Of a DNA stretch of 25,745 bases, positions 24,614 through 25,745 are shown piece after piece. Origin of the DNA: Elusimicrobiota bacterium (GTDB lineage: Bacteria > Elusimicrobiota > Elusimicrobia > Elusimicrobiales > UBA9959). The notes under the pieces were generated by a model. It was not told the origin of the DNA and ran no database searches. It saw only the letters and a program-made list of their open reading frames with translations. The stretch covers positions 1 through 25,745 of the forward strand of contig JAINCQ010000031.1 in assembly GCA_036574205.1 (NCBI GenBank), in the 5' to 3' direction. A program made the translations under genes and the position numbers. Numbering within the stretch: position 1 is the stretch's first letter; each line of letters starts with the position of its first letter.

Positions 24614-24656
24614 TTGACATAAGCTCATATTTTATATTATTATTGATATTAATAAT
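24614..24656 (+). promoter_or_regulatory. Putative fur promoter with Fur-box-like palindrome
   Basis: TTGACA 24614-24619, TATTAT 24638-24643; ATTATTGAT/ATTAATAAT near-palindrome 24639-24656. The AT-rich background lowers confidence. Confidence 0.45.
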
Positions 24657-25152
24657 GAATATAAATAAAAAGAAATTCGGTTATAAATTTGGATGTTGCG
24701 GTGAAAAGTCTTTGAGAAAATGTTTTAGAAAAGAAGGGGCAAGGCTTACTCTACCAAGAAAAATTATTGTAGATTTTTTCCATTCAGAAAAAGGACATTT
24801 TACAGCTGAAGAAGTTTTTGAAAAACTTGCTAAAAAATATCCAGGGATTGGTAAAGCAACTGTTTATAGAACACTTTCGGCCCTTTATATGGCTGGAGTT
24901 TTGAATAAATACGATTTTATAAAAGATAAAACGTTATATGAACTTTCATGTGGGCATGAAGGGATAAAGCATCATCATCATATCGTTTGTTCTAATTGTG
25001 GAAAAATAGTTGAATATGATAATTTTATGGACGAAGAAAAAGCTTTTTTTGACAAGCTTGAAAAAACTCTTTCTTCTATATATGGCTTTAAAATAAGAGG
25101 TCATTCACTTTATTTTTATGGGCTTTGCAAAGATTGCAAAAAATTAATATAA
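24655..25152 (+). CDS. fur: Fur-family transcriptional regulator
   Basis: RLTLPR, HFTAEEV, IGKATVYRTL, HHHHIVCSNCG, GLCKDC; ATG 24655 preferred to TTG 24643. Confidence 0.9.
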   Translation: MNINKKKFGYKFGCCGEKSLRKCFRKEGARLTLPRKIIVDFFHSEKGHFTAEEVFEKLAKKYPGIGKATVYRTLSALYMAGVLNKYDFIKDKTLYELSCGHEGIKHHHHIVCSNCGKIVEYDNFMDEEKAFFDKLEKTLSSIYGFKIRGHSLYFYGLCKDCKKLI

Positions 25153-25333
25153 CTCATAACCTAAATACCTATTCATAATTTTATTAAAAATGTAGTATAT
25201 AAAAAGCTATCTTGTAATTATATCTAATAAAACCTGAATAATTACCGCAGAATATTACAAACACATTTCACAATTATCAATCTTAATTATCTTAGATTTT
25301 TACTGTATTAAAAGTAAGAATTAGACAAAATTG

Positions 25334-25390
25334 TTGACATTACCCCCTACCCCTTTTAAATTGACATTATAAATAAGAATTTTGTATTAT
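25334..25390 (+). promoter_or_regulatory. Tandem sigma70-like promoters upstream of the pilin gene
   Basis: TTGACATTA at 25334 and 25361; TAAATT at 25357 (17 bp spacer) and TATTAT at 25385 (18 bp spacer). Confidence 0.4.
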
Positions 25391-25426
25391 TTTAGTATAA
25401 CGTTTATAAATGGAGGTATATATCTT

Positions 25427-25745
25427 ATGGCAAAGGCAAATATGAGGAGTGGTTTTACTCTGATAGAACTTCTTGTTGTTGTCCTTATTATCGGGATACT
25501 TGCTGCTATGGGAATACCACAATATTTTAAAGCGGTTGAGCGTTCAAGGGTGGCTGAGGCTTTTAATGTGTTTTCAAACATAAAAAATGCACAAGAAAGA
25601 TTTTATTTAAGAAAACTTAATTATACAAATAACTGGGATAATATTGACATAAGCGTTAAAAATGCATCAGGCGTAGATTGTACTGGTACAGGGGCATGCA
25701 CTCTTAAATACTATAATATTCAGATAGTTTCAAATTCAAACACTA
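25427..25745 (+). CDS. Type IV pilin (PilE/PilA-like), truncated by the window end; absent from the ORF track
   Basis: GGAGG at 25412; MAKANMRSG/FTLIELLVVVLIIGILAAMGIPQYFKAVERSRVAEA class III signal with E5; frame open to the end. Confidence 0.95.
   Translation, partial: MAKANMRSGFTLIELLVVVLIIGILAAMGIPQYFKAVERSRVAEAFNVFSNIKNAQERFYLRKLNYTNNWDNIDISVKNASGVDCTGTGACTLKYYNIQIVSNSNT

Noticed and set aside
21622..25581. Minus ORFs 21622..21876, 22039..22362, 22839..23150, 24327..24530, 25387..25581
   Set aside because: Antisense shadows of the permease, DGC, CcdA-like and pilin genes.

Overview
AT-rich bacterial window, almost all genes on +; a diderm (outer-membrane barrels, PorV-like gene), probably an anaerobe. 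The pilin and the PorV/FlgD-CTD pairing suggest Elusimicrobiota (inference, not verified). Four blocks. (1) 122-10897: surface/secretion cluster of a FecR-domain gene lacking a proper 5' end, an OM beta-barrel, a 2381-aa secreted protein with a T9SS/FlgD-like C-terminal domain, and a PorV/PorQ-family barrel. (2) 10651-13226: a 465-bp direct repeat (porV 3' end, spacer, signal-peptide leader), each copy fused to a different cargo through the same frameshift; one cargo is a Cys-ladder, bacteriocin-like protein followed by a small membrane protein. (3) 13769-20214: operon of a two-Cys BigR/SqrR/YgaV-type repressor, TusA, divergent MvhD, two complementary HdrA-like subunits, a wHTH protein, a QmoC-like membrane subunit and two DsrE proteins, with no HdrB or AprAB. 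This is the best candidate for an undescribed sulfur/persulfide redox system. (4) 21084-24576: ArsR, ArsP-type permease, thioredoxin, DGC, ArsF-like and ArsG/CcdA-like genes, then Fur and a type IV pilin cut by the window end. Both ArsR operons follow paralogous intergenic regions with BoxC-like palindromes and apparently leaderless promoters. All family calls come from motif recognition by eye; no searches were run.
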